Part shown: positions 23,110 through 35,617 of the stretch, one piece after another
Position numbering within the stretch: position 1 is the first letter of the stretch
Layout: the number at the start of each line of letters is the position of its first letter
NCBI RefSeq assembly: GCF_006345805.1
Contig: NC_043004.1
Location: forward strand, 14,446,001 to 14,510,000
Direction: 5' to 3'
Source of the DNA: Octopus sinensis
Taxonomy: Eukaryota
DNA: 64,000 nucleotides
Notes under the pieces: model-generated
Seen by the model: only the letters and a program-made list of their open reading frames with translations
Database searches by the model: none
What the model was told of the DNA's origin: nothing
Program-made: the position numbers and the translations under genes

Positions 23110-25400
23110 ACTTATGGTTAGTGTCATGGATGTGGGAGGGGAGGGAAGCCACGTGGAGGAGGGCAAGGACACGTTTGAGGTATTGCGAAATCAATTCTGT
23201 GGGGCAGTTATAGGCGGAGACGATGGGGCGCCCAGGACTGTTGAGCTTGTGGATTTTGGAAAGGAAGTAAATACTAATGCGTACAATGAGGCTGGGGGTG
23301 GTGGGAGACGGGAGGAGGCGATGGGGTTATCGATAGTGGATGATGCAATCTGTTGGTAACTGTGACTGGAAGGCAGAGGGCAATAGAAGGAGGTGTCTTG
23401 AAGTTGGCGGAAAGCTTCAGCCATGTAGAGGTCTGCGCTCCACACAGCCACAGCTCCACCCTTGTCGGCTGGTTTTATGATGATGTCTTTGCGGCGTCGG
23501 AGCCATCGAAGGGCTGAGTGTTCGGCCGGAGAGATGCTGAAATGTTGAGAACGCCTGCGAAAGTTAAACCGGTTCACAATACATTGGCAGATGCTTTCAA
23601 AAAGGATCAACTGCACTCGCCAGGAGCTGGCGTCGAGTGGGATGGTCCTCTTCATTAGAAGCAGGTGGTGTGTTGTGAAATAGTGCATATAGTCTGACGC
23701 AGCGCATAAAGCTATGAATATCAGCACAGGTCTGAAATTCGTTACTGGATGGAGTGAGGGCCATGAAGCACAAACCCTTACTGAGAAGAGAGCGCTCTGC
23801 CTCAAAGAGGAGAAGATAAGGAAGAATAGTAGCAACAGACTGAAGTGGAAAGGGTGGATGACTTATATGTGGGATGGGTAGTGGGGGTAGGAGAAGGGTG
23901 GGAGGAGAGAAAGGAAGCATAAATGCGTGGGATGGAGTAACGAAAGGTTGGGGTGAGGATGAGAGGAAGTGTATCAGGGAGGGGTAAGGTAATGGCATCG
24001 GGTGTAACAGAATGAAAAAGTGGAGTTTACGTTGTTTAGGGCGAGCTAAGATGATTTAAATGAATTATGAAGCGTAGGAAGTTGAAAGAGAGGAGATAAA
24101 GATGGGATAAGCGAGAGGGAGAAGGCGGCTGAGGGAGTGTATTTTAGAGAAATTAGAATGAATGGTGGCACGCATAAGGCGATAGGAATTAGTAGGGTCG
24201 TATAGGTTGGATAGCAGAAACAGACTGGAAAGTGAGGTAGAAATGGAGGCACAAGCCTTTCGGGATGAGGTGGTGGTGATGAGCGACTGGGAAAGGAAAC
24301 GTGGCTCAAGAACCGTGTCTTTTTGAAAATCAGTTGGGAAAGATTAATACAAGGTTGAACGCAGCGTAAAGGAAGTGTGGAAAGGTACTTCTTTAGGTGG
24401 TGTGAAGGTGGAGGATGAAAGATTTGTAATCGGGCTTGCTTGAAAAATGAGAAAAAATAAAGGAAAAAGGAGAGTTCAAAAATTTCAAAAATCGCGAGAA
24501 GAAAAAATAGAAGAAAAAGAGAAGAAAAGAAGAGAAGACGAAAAGGAAAAGAAAAGAAGAGAGAAAAACAAAATAACAACGTACGGTGTAAGGAAAAACA
24601 GAATAAGAAAAAATAGAAAGTTCAAAAAGGTTAAAAAATGTTCAAACGTCGTGTTGATTTTTCATCAACGGAAAAGTCCAATGAAATCCATAAGCATATC
24701 CAGTGATAATCTGGATGGAGTGCTGGTATGACGAGAGGTGCAGAAATTCAGGAAGTAGTAAGTCCAAAGTGTAGGAGGTTAAAGCAGGATAAAAGTGGTG
24801 TGACCAAGTGAGCGTACAATATATAGTTGAAATTTATAGAAAAACAAAAGACGAAGACGGGTGTGTGAACAAGCTGGTGTGTTAGTTTGACGCCCGGGAA
24901 ACTGAGAAAGTACTTTACGTTTCGAGCCTATGCTCTTCAACAGAATGGAATAAGAGAACATAAACGGAGAGAGAATAAAAAAGAACTTGTGGATTTAGCG
25001 ATCAAGCATGGCGGCTGGTTGGGAAAATAAAAAGGTTTTGACAGGAGAGCTAGAAAGAAGGGGAGAATATATAAAGTACTAGTGATCCCATAACGAAGAT
25101 GCGCGCTCGTATGTGTGTATGTGACAATGTTTAAGTGTGTGTGTGGTTAGATGCTAGTGGCTTTGGCGTGTGGATGTATGTGAGTGTACGTGTGTGGGTC
25201 TGTAATATATGGGTGTGCGGATGATTGTGTGTGGGTGTGCAGATGATGGTGTGTGGTGTGGGTGCTGGGAAGGGGTCAATGCTAGTGTGTGGAGTGGTGT
25301 GGTGGTGTGTGTGTTGGATCTGGATGTGGGGTGTGGATGGGGTGGATGGAGTGAAGATATGGGGCGTGGATTGGTGTTTATAACATAGTCATCTTTTATC
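23110..25400 (-). mobile_element. Penelope-like element, 3'-truncated within RT, degenerate
   Basis: LSQLIFKKTRFLSH...LIPKG; EAERSLLSKGLCF...NEFQTCADIHSFMRCVRL; LRWLRRRKDIIIKPADKGGAVAVW...RQLQDTSFY; FLPKIHKLNSPGRPIVS...LPTYIHDTNH, then breaks off in (AT)n. The pseudo-LTR with the hammerhead-like motif is at ~24845-25010, with a cryptic CA-rich tract to ~25400. Confidence 0.88.
24913..24946 (-). ncRNA. Hammerhead-like motif, atypical core (U at position 6)
   Basis: ATT-CTGTTGAA-GAGC-ATAG-GCTC-GAAA-CG-TA|AAG. The second copy at 21421-21454 reads CTTT-CTGTCGAA-GAGC-GTTG-GCGC-GAAA-CG-TA|AA. Position just upstream of the PLE ORF fits PLE hammerheads. Confidence 0.5.
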
Positions 25401-28400
25401 AAGACGCATATCGCATCTCCTTGTTAGTATATTTAATTTTGTCTCCCTGTGTTATTTGCTGCCTCGTAAACTATTTTTTACCTCAGCTAAATTTCTCCCT
25501 TATTTGCCAGAGAATGCTGAATATATGTTTAAATGGCGGAAGTAAACGGCATTATTCCATTTGTAATAGGAGGATTAGCAAATGGCAGAGGTAATGGTGG
25601 TAGCAAACCTTTTTGTTTTCGATGGGAGTGCTGGTACAAGTGAAAAAGCTCTTATTTCGGATGATATCAAGTTTCCTGGATGAAGAATACAATGGGCCAA
25701 TAGTGAATTGTATTTCTGTCAGCATATTTGTTGTTGTTAAACATACATCAGCATTTTCGCTATTGTTGTGGTTGTTAATTATTCAGGTTCACTCTCGCAA
25801 TTCGCTTTCATGTTTTTAATGTTCCTTGTAATACTAGATGCTGCAGATGATTTAATTCGTATGTTGCTTTTTGCTGTTGTTATTCCACAAGTTGCAGTTG
25901 CCTTGTTGGATGTCACTCTTACTCTTCAAAATAAAGCGTTAGAATTTAGGAATAATGAGACAGAAGGAAGAACTGAGAGTATTCAGTCAGATAAATAAAT
26001 TAGTCAAACAAGCAGTTGCAACAACCTACCTCGTAATTAATTTTATTGCCATAGTGGAATTAAAAGCAAGCTTGGTCTTAGCGGGATTTTAGATTGGAAT
26101 GTAAATAACTAGAACAGATGCCGATAAATATTGTCCAGCTTTCTGACACTATCAAATTACCGTGTTTCGTAAGATGATGATACAAAACAACTTATTTATT
26201 TATTTACACTAAATACACAAGCACCATTTTTTTACACTTAATTCACAAGACAGCTAGGGAACTTCTTAGTCGTTAGAGATGCTGGAACAAAAATCATGTC
26301 TTCTATTATTCAATGTATATCGTACCATAACGTAAAAACAAACATCAACGAATATGGTTCAAGTACCATTCAAATTACAATATTTCATTGCAGAGTAGCC
26401 TTGATCATACATCTGCTCTACTATGTTTAAGCCTGGTGGCAAACGATGGCTGATAGAAAAAATAATGAAATCATTTCTGAAATAGATATGAAAAATATTT
26501 ACTACTTTAATTATTATACGTTTCATGTCAAATATCCTTGGGTAATTTCAATGGGAAATAAGTTTTTGGTGGAGGACTTATTAACGATATGTTTGTGTGT
26601 TCGGGACTGTACGTGTTTTCTGTGTGCTTTTGTACTTGTGTATATGTGTGTTTGTGTATGCGTGATATACAAATAAAAAAATTATTTCGCTTGAGCTATT
26701 ATATTTTAGCCTCCTACCTGCTTCCATATTAAATATGTCTTCAATAGTTGAATGAAAGTAATTGCAAAATATGAATAAAACAATAATTAGCAACCAACAA
26801 TAGTCCCACACATACTTGCATTCATGCATACATGCATACACATACACACACATGCACACACACACATATACATTCTTACATATATATGTATACATGCATA
26901 CATATACACACACGCACAAACACACAATCATATTTTAAAATTATCTCTATGAATTTTCTATACAATTCAGAACCTGTTCTGCAAGTTACATTTCGTATAC
27001 GAATACGTCTATGTATGCAATGCGATAGTAATAGGTGTATATACGTGTTTCAAGAGTTATTATATTTTCATCAGCACCACAACCACCCATCAACTATCTA
27101 CAAACGCATTATTTAAATACCAACTAAGTGCACCTATACAGATAATATCAATTTGATGAGGAGGGAGTAAGCTAATGTACAACACGAACATTTGATCACA
27201 AAAACAAATCATCGTCTCTAGTTATTAAGCAAAAATTGTAGAGCTGCCTTCCGTGGACACGGGAAACTACTACACAATGTCATTGTGGTTTTCATTGCTA
27301 TAATTGTTCATACATTCTATGTTAACTGTAGAAGATAATGGTAAATACCTATTTTCATAGTGGGAAAACATCTCCCTCACTTGTGGCGTCATGTGTTTTC
27401 CATACGCAACATCGCTATTAAAACGTCTGAAAATTTGCCGTGAAGGTATGTATATTTCACAAAATCAACGGAAGGGATTGCTAGCCAGCTTCATAAGAGA
27501 GTGCTAAGAAAGAAACTAATTCAAGACATCCAAATATGATAGCAATTTACGAACTCTAAATCGAAGACAACAACAATGATATCATATTACCTCAGAGTTG
27601 ATTTGTCTATAAATGCTAGGGATGCTTATCACGCGTATTATTATTCATTTATTTTTTGCTTTGTTTTATATGAATAATATCATGTTGTACACTGCAGACG
27701 ATAAGTAACAAAAGAATATACAATATTATACTTGTATTTCCAAGCGGAATTGATTTGATATCTAGACTAGGAAATAAATGCGCAAAAGCAACGTAGAAAG
27801 AGAGGAAAATTAATTAAGAACATTCATATCTTAGTAGACATAAAAAAGAGAGCAGAGATAAGAGATTTCGAACAAACACAGATATAGAAGTATTTATAAA
27901 TCCATGAATTTGATTAGAGTAGAACTCGCAGACAGATAAAAATCTTATCAAAAAATGTTATAGGTGAATTATATTAATATTCTGAACAAAATATATATAT
28001 TATTAAACAAAAAATTAGTAATAGACACCAACACACTTTTCCAGTAATACAATATAGTTATATATGTAAAACTGAACTGAGTGATAAATAAACTGGTAAG
28101 CGTAGATAGAAATATATACTGCAGTTAGAATACAGCATCCATAATGTTACACAGGTAGACTATATTCATCATGAATTAAAGGAAGAAAAGTCCCATGTAA
28201 CAAAATAACGAATACAAAATTTCCATCAGAGTTCTATAAAGATACAGTGTAAGAGATAATATAAAATTAATGAGAAAAAATTGTAAATAACAAACGAAAT
28301 ACAAATAAAGACTTTTTCCCTTAAAGAAGGCCAAAATGAGCTGATGTGACCGATTGTAGTGATAAGAAAAGGAAAACAAGGATATTCACCTTAATTAGTT

Positions 28401-29044
28401 TTGCCAGTCAGACACGATTTTGGGAGAAAGGACTTCCTTTGAGAACAAACATTTCCCTCTCCACATTCAAATCAAAGGCGAACTTTAAAAATTGGCGTGG
28501 GTTTGACTGAAGAGGAAAGCATCTGTCCTTATTCAATTCAGCCCCGTCTGCCACAGAATTTTGTTCGGTATATACATTTGAGAGAAGAACTGCATGTACT
28601 CGCTCTTGATATAGTGCGCAATGGGTGATCTTCATGATGGACTCGTCTAAATAACTGGATTTATCCTACACGCGAAACCAGCTATTAGTAATTGTCGAAC
28701 ACTGCACCAGTGCGAGCAATATAGTTTCAGTACTTTGTATGCACTTCAGGTAGGCTCAACCAGCAATATTTCGGTGTTTGTAGAGTTTATTTCGAACTGC
28801 CTTTGATTTCTTGCAGTTATCCATGGTATAATCCCGTGCCTAAATATCTTCCCAAACAGATAAACATTTTTGGCCCGTTCTGATGCCTGAGGGTCGCATC
28901 AAGTGACTTCTAGCAGCAGAAACCTAAACTACAAAAGGCTTGTCCCCCAGAGAACGTTTTCGGTTACTTTGGGCTACCTTCTTGTACACACACACACACA
29001 CACACACACACAACACACACACACACATACACACACACACACAT

Positions 29045-29076
<32 letters not shown>

Positions 29077-29209
29077 GCGCACGCTCACAGCATATCGTGC
29101 GGGCGGGCACATGCACGCATCGGCACGCATAGGACACACTAGCGAGCATTGACCGCAAACATACGTGGCATACACACGCATGCATTATATATATGTAGGT
29201 TGTGTATGT

Positions 29210-29247
<38 letters not shown>

Positions 29248-29473
29248 ACGTTGTGTGTGTGTGTGCGCGTGTGTATATATGTGTGTGTGTATGTGTGTGC
29301 ACTGTGTGCGTGTGTGTGTATGTGTGTGTGTGCGCGCGCGTTGTGTGTGTGTGTGTGTGTGCACGTGTGTATATATGTGTGTGTGTGTGCACTGTGTGCG
29401 TGTGTGTGTGTATGTGTGTGTGTGTGTGTGTGTGAGCATTATATACGTGTGTATGTATTTACTTATGTATTTG

Positions 29474-29515
<42 letters not shown>

Positions 29516-29717
29516 AGTGTTGTGTGTGTATATGCATGGTATGTGTGTATATGTGAGTACATTGTTTGTGTGTGTGTGCGGTATGTAGAGATATATTTGA
29601 GTGTGTACGCTATAGGTTTGTAATTTGTGTGTGTGGGTGTGTGTGTGAATTTTTTTATATATACATGTGTGTGTATGTGTGTGAAAAAATATATGTATGT
29701 GCATGTATGTATGTATG

Positions 29718-29776
<59 letters not shown>

Positions 29777-31225
29777 GTGTATGTATATGTGTGTGTGTGT
29801 GTGTGTGTATTTATTTGCATGCTTATGCGTGTATAAACATATGCATTATTTGCATGCGCATTGTGTATATGTATATTGTATGTATGTGTATTGTATATGT
29901 ATGTGTACAATTAAGTGTATATATGTGTGTGTATGTGTGCATTGTATATATGTATATTGTAGGTGTGCCATATGTGCATGAATACATGTATATGCATTGC
30001 GTGTATATATATGTATGCATTGTGTATGTATGTTATGTGTGTGTGTGTGTTTATATATATTATATGTATGCGTACGTGTATGTGTATGCATTGTATGTAT
30101 GTATATTGTGTGTATATGTGGTATATCTATGTATGTGTATGTGAACACTATATATATGTATACATGTATATATGTATATGCATTGTCTATATATATATAT
30201 ATATATGTATGTATTGCGTACGTATATTGCATGCATATATTGTGTATGTGCATTATATACATGCTGTATTTGTATATTGTATGTGTATATATATGCTATG
30301 TGTATTTGTGTGATATTTATATTATGTATGGATGTGTGCGTGTGTGTGTGTGTGTGTGTGGTGTGTGTGTGTTGTGTGTGTATGTGTGTTATATATATGT
30401 GTGTATATTATATACAAATACATGTTATATTTGTGTGTTGTGTGTATATATTATATATGCGGGTGCGTTGTGTGTGTGTGTTCTGTGGGTGTGTGTGTGT
30501 TGTGTGTATGTGGTGTGTGTTTTTATACTATTTGTGTGTGTGTTGTTGTGTGTGTGTATATATGTGTGTGACAAACAGACGCTGCTTGACCAGCACGCAC
30601 GGACACATCTATTCACACCCACATACTAACCTCCTGATAACCCCAAAACCATTGATGCTTGAAGGGGAAGTATACACCACACTGGGTACAACCTTTTTTC
30701 TCTCAATTCAACCTTTCTGCCAAAACAAACAGGTCAGTAACAACATATTCTCGCCTTCAACTTAAAATATTCTGAGATGTATAAAAAATCCATTTTAATT
30801 TTTGCTGTCAAAAGATTGTATATATATACCAAAGACTGTATATATATACATGTAATGTGACAATTTGCGACAACCAATAATTAACGCAACCAAATTTCCA
30901 ATAATATATTTGTTTTATCCTTTTCTGCCAATTTTTCCAAATATTCTCATCACACTATTGAACTTCTCTGTTACCAAACACTATATTTATACATGTAATG
31001 TGACAATTTTGTATAAAAAAACATTTTTGAATTCATAATATCCAATGTGACAATTATGTAAAAAACTTTTTTGAATGCATAATATTCAATGTGACAATTA
31101 TGTAAAAAACTTTTTTGAACCCATATTATTCAATGTTACTTTTGACAATCTTTTACCAAAGAGTGAAACCGGTTAAGTAAATAAACATCGTTTAAATTGC
31201 ATTTTCAAACCTTTTTTCTTATATA
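29077..31225 (+). repeat. Pseudo-LTR copy 1
   Basis: Starts GCGCACGCTCACAGCATATCGTGCGGG, then ~1.4 kb of cryptic (GT)/(AT) microsatellite, a unique AT-rich part, and ends CTTTTTTCTTATATA. Collinear with copy 2. Confidence 0.92.
31136..31180 (+). ncRNA. Candidate minimal type I hammerhead, U3-A8 core variant (copy 1)
   Basis: TTACTT-TTGACAA-TCTTTT-ACCA-AAGAGT-GAAA-CCGG-TT|AAGTAA: 6 bp helix I, palindromic helix III ACCGGU, GUU triplet; 115 nt upstream of the ORF1 ATG. Confidence 0.65.
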
Positions 31226-31294
31226 ATCCCACTCGTGCGATACCCCACAACTCAACTTTTTTATATATATTTAAACATCACACGAGTCCCGAAA

Positions 31295-32630
31295 ATGCCA
31301 CCCAAATCACAACAAGCAGAATCTTTAATGAACCAAAATATCCTAAAAGAATTACAAGAAATCTCCTCGAAACTTTCAACCATAATAAACAAAGTCGAAC
31401 AATCGCACTTATACCTAAATGGACTCATGGAGGCCAAAACAACCAATCAAATCCCTGACATCATCCCAACACTGCAAAACCTAATGAAATCCATAGAGAC
31501 GGCAGTGCTCCCAAAGCAGGAGCAAACTAAAGACTGCTTCTCAATTAAAAGCTCTCTTAACAACACCTGGAGTAAAAATCTCAAAGCGCGTAAGTTTGCC
31601 TTCTGGAATTTCATAAAAAATAACAACAAAGCTGACATTTATGAAAAGTGGCTCAACTCCACCCCTATCATCCTACCCAGAAAACTACAAATAAAACCCA
31701 TCCAAAATGAACCAGAAATCCAAAAAAACCTCAGGGAGAAACTAGCTTTTGAAAAATTCAAAACGGAAGTAGAACTCTTGCGGCTCAGAGCCAACGCCAG
31801 TGAAGAAAAATCCAAGACCCTTGACAATGAAATGCAGATTGAAATCTCAAAACACTGTGAAGGAGCACTCCTTGATGAAACCACCAAACTCTGGAGAAAA
31901 AACTGCGAGGATGAAGAACTAACATCCCTCCAGCGAATGGAAAAAACAGCTGGTTCACCAATTATGAAACAGAGTTCACAAAGGAACACCTTTCAAGCAA
32001 CCCATATTTTAAAATATCTACTTCAACTCACACCCCTCGCCAAAAACAAAGAAAACCAACCACAAAACACCGAACACACACCACCCCTAACATCAACAAC
32101 AACAACAACAGAACCTACAGACAGCACTACAATCCCATCAAAAGAACCGAGACACCCATCATCACAAGACAAAACTTTACCAGACAACGTAGACCCCAAC
32201 CCACACAAGAACCGTTCCAGATTCGGAGATCCTACCCTTCACTTAGAAACCCATCTCTGAACTATGATTGTAGATTCCAACCCAAACCGCTTCTTCTCCC
32301 CCAACATATAGGAATTCACTTCTAAACCATGAATATAGTTTCCAACCCACTCTAAGGAACCAACATTACACCCAGGACAAACAACCCAGACCCTGGAATA
32401 ACCAAAACTCTTCCAGGAGGCCACACCAACAACCCAGACCCTGGAACAACCAAAACCTCTTCAACAGACAACATATCAACGGGGGACAGAATCACAACAA
32501 CCAAAACCTCTTCAACAGACAACATATCAACGGGGGACAGAATCACATACAGCAAAATACCGCAAACAGAAGAACCCCCAGGATTCCTTTTTTAGGCAAG
32601 GGCATCAGTTTCCACGACACCAGATGGTAG
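31295..32630 (+). pseudogene. PLE ORF1 (coiled-coil N-half, R/N/Q/P low-complexity C-half), two apparent 1 nt deletions
   Basis: MPPKSQQAESL...LKELQEISSKLSTII...FAFWNFIKN...EKFKTEVELLRLRA. Adding one A at ~31941-46 and one C at ~32283 gives a continuous ~445 aa frame ending RIPFLGKGISFHDTRW*. Contains a perfect 51 bp tandem duplication at 32445-32546. Confidence 0.7.
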
Positions 32631-34897
32631 ATACCAACCCCGAAAAACCAAAAATAGTGAATCTTTCTAACCTAAACCTGTCGACACCACAAATAAAAAT
32701 CCTTTCAAGAGGACTAAAATTCACCCCAACTCCACAATACCCTAACCTGAGGGAAATACAGGATGACATCTCACACTTTTGCAGAAAATTACGCCTCACA
32801 GAGGAATTTTTTGACAGGAAAACTAATAATAACGACGAATCAATGGTCTGTAACAAAAGCAACTATAATTCCATAAAAGGCAAAAACAAAACCTTAGACA
32901 AATTTTGCGATTACATCTCCAACTTCCCTTATGGTGAACTCCCACAACCTAAACTCAAACCCAACACCAGTAAAAGAGAATGGGAAATCATCCATACGCT
33001 ACGAGACAATCATGACGTCACAATAAAGGAAGCTGATAAGGGTAGTACAGTCGTTGTTATGAATACTGAGCAATATAAAATCTCTGTATCTCTCCTTTTA
33101 GAGGATACCACATACTACGAAAGAGTAGTCGACTACCAGCAATCCAAAACAATGACCAAACTGAAGGCACTCATTTACCAACACCGGAATGACTTGACAG
33201 CAAAGGAATGCGACTACATTACTAAATTTAAATGCAAAACCAGCACACTCTATGGGCTTCCAAAAATACACAAGAGTCAAATTATCACAGAAGCTTGCAA
33301 AAAGTCCACTTCAACCTGCATCACTATACCACATCCCACTGATCTCAAACTGAGACCAATAGTGGCAGGCCCAAGTTGTGAAACACACAGACTTAGCAAC
33401 TTTATAGATATCATCTTAAAGCCAATACTGAAACCCATTCCAAGTATTGTAAGAGATGAAGTGGACCTATTAAATCATCTCCCCAAACATGCCGATAAAG
33501 ACACCTTAATCGTTTCTTTTGATGTTATTAATCTTTACACCACAATCCCACATGAATATGGACTGGAAGCCATTAATTCTGGCTGGATAATATCCCAATG
33601 AGATCCCGGAAAGAATTTTAAAAGAATTCATAATTGAGGCCTCAAATTTATTCTGCAAAACAATTTCATGTATTTCCACAACAACACTTACAGACAGGTC
33701 TCAGGAACTGCAATGGGTACGAAGTTGCACCTACCTATGCAAACCTGGTGATGGCCTACCTGGAATCACATATCTATGAAAAATCCAAATATAAGTACGG
33801 CCAGTCTTTCCACAAATACCTGTTGGAGAACTGGAAACGCTACTTAGATGATTGCCTCATCCTATGGTCCCATACACTCGACCAACTTATAGACTTCAAA
33901 AACCTTATCAACAGTGTGTAAATAACAACATTCAATTCACAATGGAATATAGTCAGGACCAACTCCCTTTTCTTGACATCCTAATCATTAAAAAAGGCGT
34001 CAACATTGAAACTGACATCAATTACAAACCCACTGACTCTAAACAATACTTCTATTCACCTCCAATCACCCAAAACACACAAAGACAAATATCCCCTTCA
34101 ACCTAGCGAGAAGAATCTGCACTATTGTCTCAAATGACACAACACGAAATAGAAGACTCCGGGAACTAAGGGCAATTCTTCTCGAAAGACATTACCCGGC
34201 ATCACTAGTAGACAACGGAATAGAACGGGCCAAATCAATCAACATTCAAGACCTACGAAAACCCAAACACATCCACAGTACAGTAAATAGCCTCCCCTGT
34301 CTCTCAACACACAACCCAAGGAATGCAGAAGCTTACACTATTATATACAACAACATTCCACAACTAAATCAAGACCCACGCCTGAAAAAAATACTGGCAG
34401 CTCAAAAAATAATAAAAAGTAAAAGACAACCTAAATCCCTAAAAAACCTCCTCACCAACGCAAAATTACACAACACAAACCCACCGCCCACCATCAAAAA
34501 ATGTGGTCGCCCCAACTGCAAGACTTGCATCCACCTCATTGAGGGATCGTCGTACAAGTTCCACTCGGGACACACATTCATCATAAAAAATAATTTCACG
34601 TGCGCATCAAAAAATTTACTCTACGTCATAAGGTGTGAAGGATGCCACGATTACTACATAGGGCAAACGAGCCTTACCCTCAGAGAAAGAATGACAGTTC
34701 ACCGACAACAACTGAGGGACCCCTCCACAAGACAGATACCACTAAGTGGACACTTAGACCTTTGTGCACACAATAAGTCCCCCAAATTCTTAGTCTTCAC
34801 ACTATAGCAATGCTCGGACAACACCACAGACCAAACACGAATAAATAAGGAAAGTAATCTTATTCAAAAATACAGACCACAACTAAACATACTCTAA
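32624..34897 (+). pseudogene. PLE reverse transcriptase + GIY-YIG endonuclease, frameshifted in this sequence
   Basis: IVNLS...LSRGLKFTPTP; KEADKGSTVVVM; YGLPKIHK; RPIVAG; SFDVINLYTTIP; GTAMG/VAPTYANL; RYLDD (33841-33852); LPFLDI; YKPTD; KCGRPNCKTC linker; LLYVIRCEGCHDYYIGQT; ends IQKYRPQLNIL* (34895-34897). Six small indels and one TAG (34805). Confidence 0.95.
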
Positions 34898-34940
34898 CAT
34901 ACCCCCTGGAAACACATCCAGAGCAAGAACACAGGGACAC

Positions 34941-35577
34941 GCGCACGCTCACAGCATATCGTGCGGGCGGGCACATGCACGCATCGGCACGCATAGGGCA
35001 CACTAGCGAGCATTGACCGCACACATACGTGGCATACACACGCATGCATTATATATATGTAGGTTATGTATGTGTGTGAGTGTTGTGTGTGTGTGTGCAC
35101 GTTGTGTGTGTATGTGCGCGTGTGTATATATGTGTGTGTGTGTGTGTGCACTGTGTGCGTGTGTGTGTATGTGTGTGTGTGCGCGCGTTGTGTGTGTGTG
35201 TGTGCACGTGTGTATATATGTGTGTGTGTGTGCACGTGTGTATATATGTGTGTGTGTGTGCACTGTGTGCGTGTGTGTGTGTATGTGTGTGTGTGTGTGT
35301 GAGCATTATATACGTGTGTATGTATTTACATATGTATTTGTTTTTATATATATATATATATATATGTGAGTTTTGTGTGTGTATATGCATGGTATGTGTG
35401 TATATGTGAGTACATTGTTTGTGTGTGTGTGCGGTATGTAGAGATATATTTGAGTGTGTACGCTATAGGTTTGTAATTTGTGGTGTTGGGTGTGTGTGTG
35501 AATTTTTTTTATATATACATGTGTGTTTTTGTGTGTGAAAAAATATATGTATGTGCATGTATGTATGTAGTATATGT

Positions 35578-35617
<40 letters not shown>

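Noticed and set aside
24447-24731. 94 aa K/E/R-rich ORF
   Set aside because: It is the antisense reading of a pyrimidine-rich tract in the PLE leader.
25500-26000. Coding-looking stretch (for example minus-strand LLPPLPLPFANPPITNGIMPFTSAI*)
   Set aside because: Every frame is interrupted by stops and I recognise no domain, so it is too weak to call.
28408-28980. 75 aa ORF and neighbouring moderately GC-rich sequence
   Set aside because: No recognisable motif, multiple stops in the extended frames, and no convincing splice-site pair.
28903-30765. Many long ORFs rich in C/V/Y/I/H/T (also at 7482-8055, 13398-13960, 34860-36610, 51558-52231 and elsewhere)
   Set aside because: They are translations of dinucleotide and tetranucleotide microsatellites, open in several frames on both strands, with no protein signature.
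34500-34897. Selenocysteine or readthrough recoding in the PLE endonuclease
   Set aside because: All conserved Cys codons are TGT or TGC; the only internal stop is a TAG at a non-Cys position.
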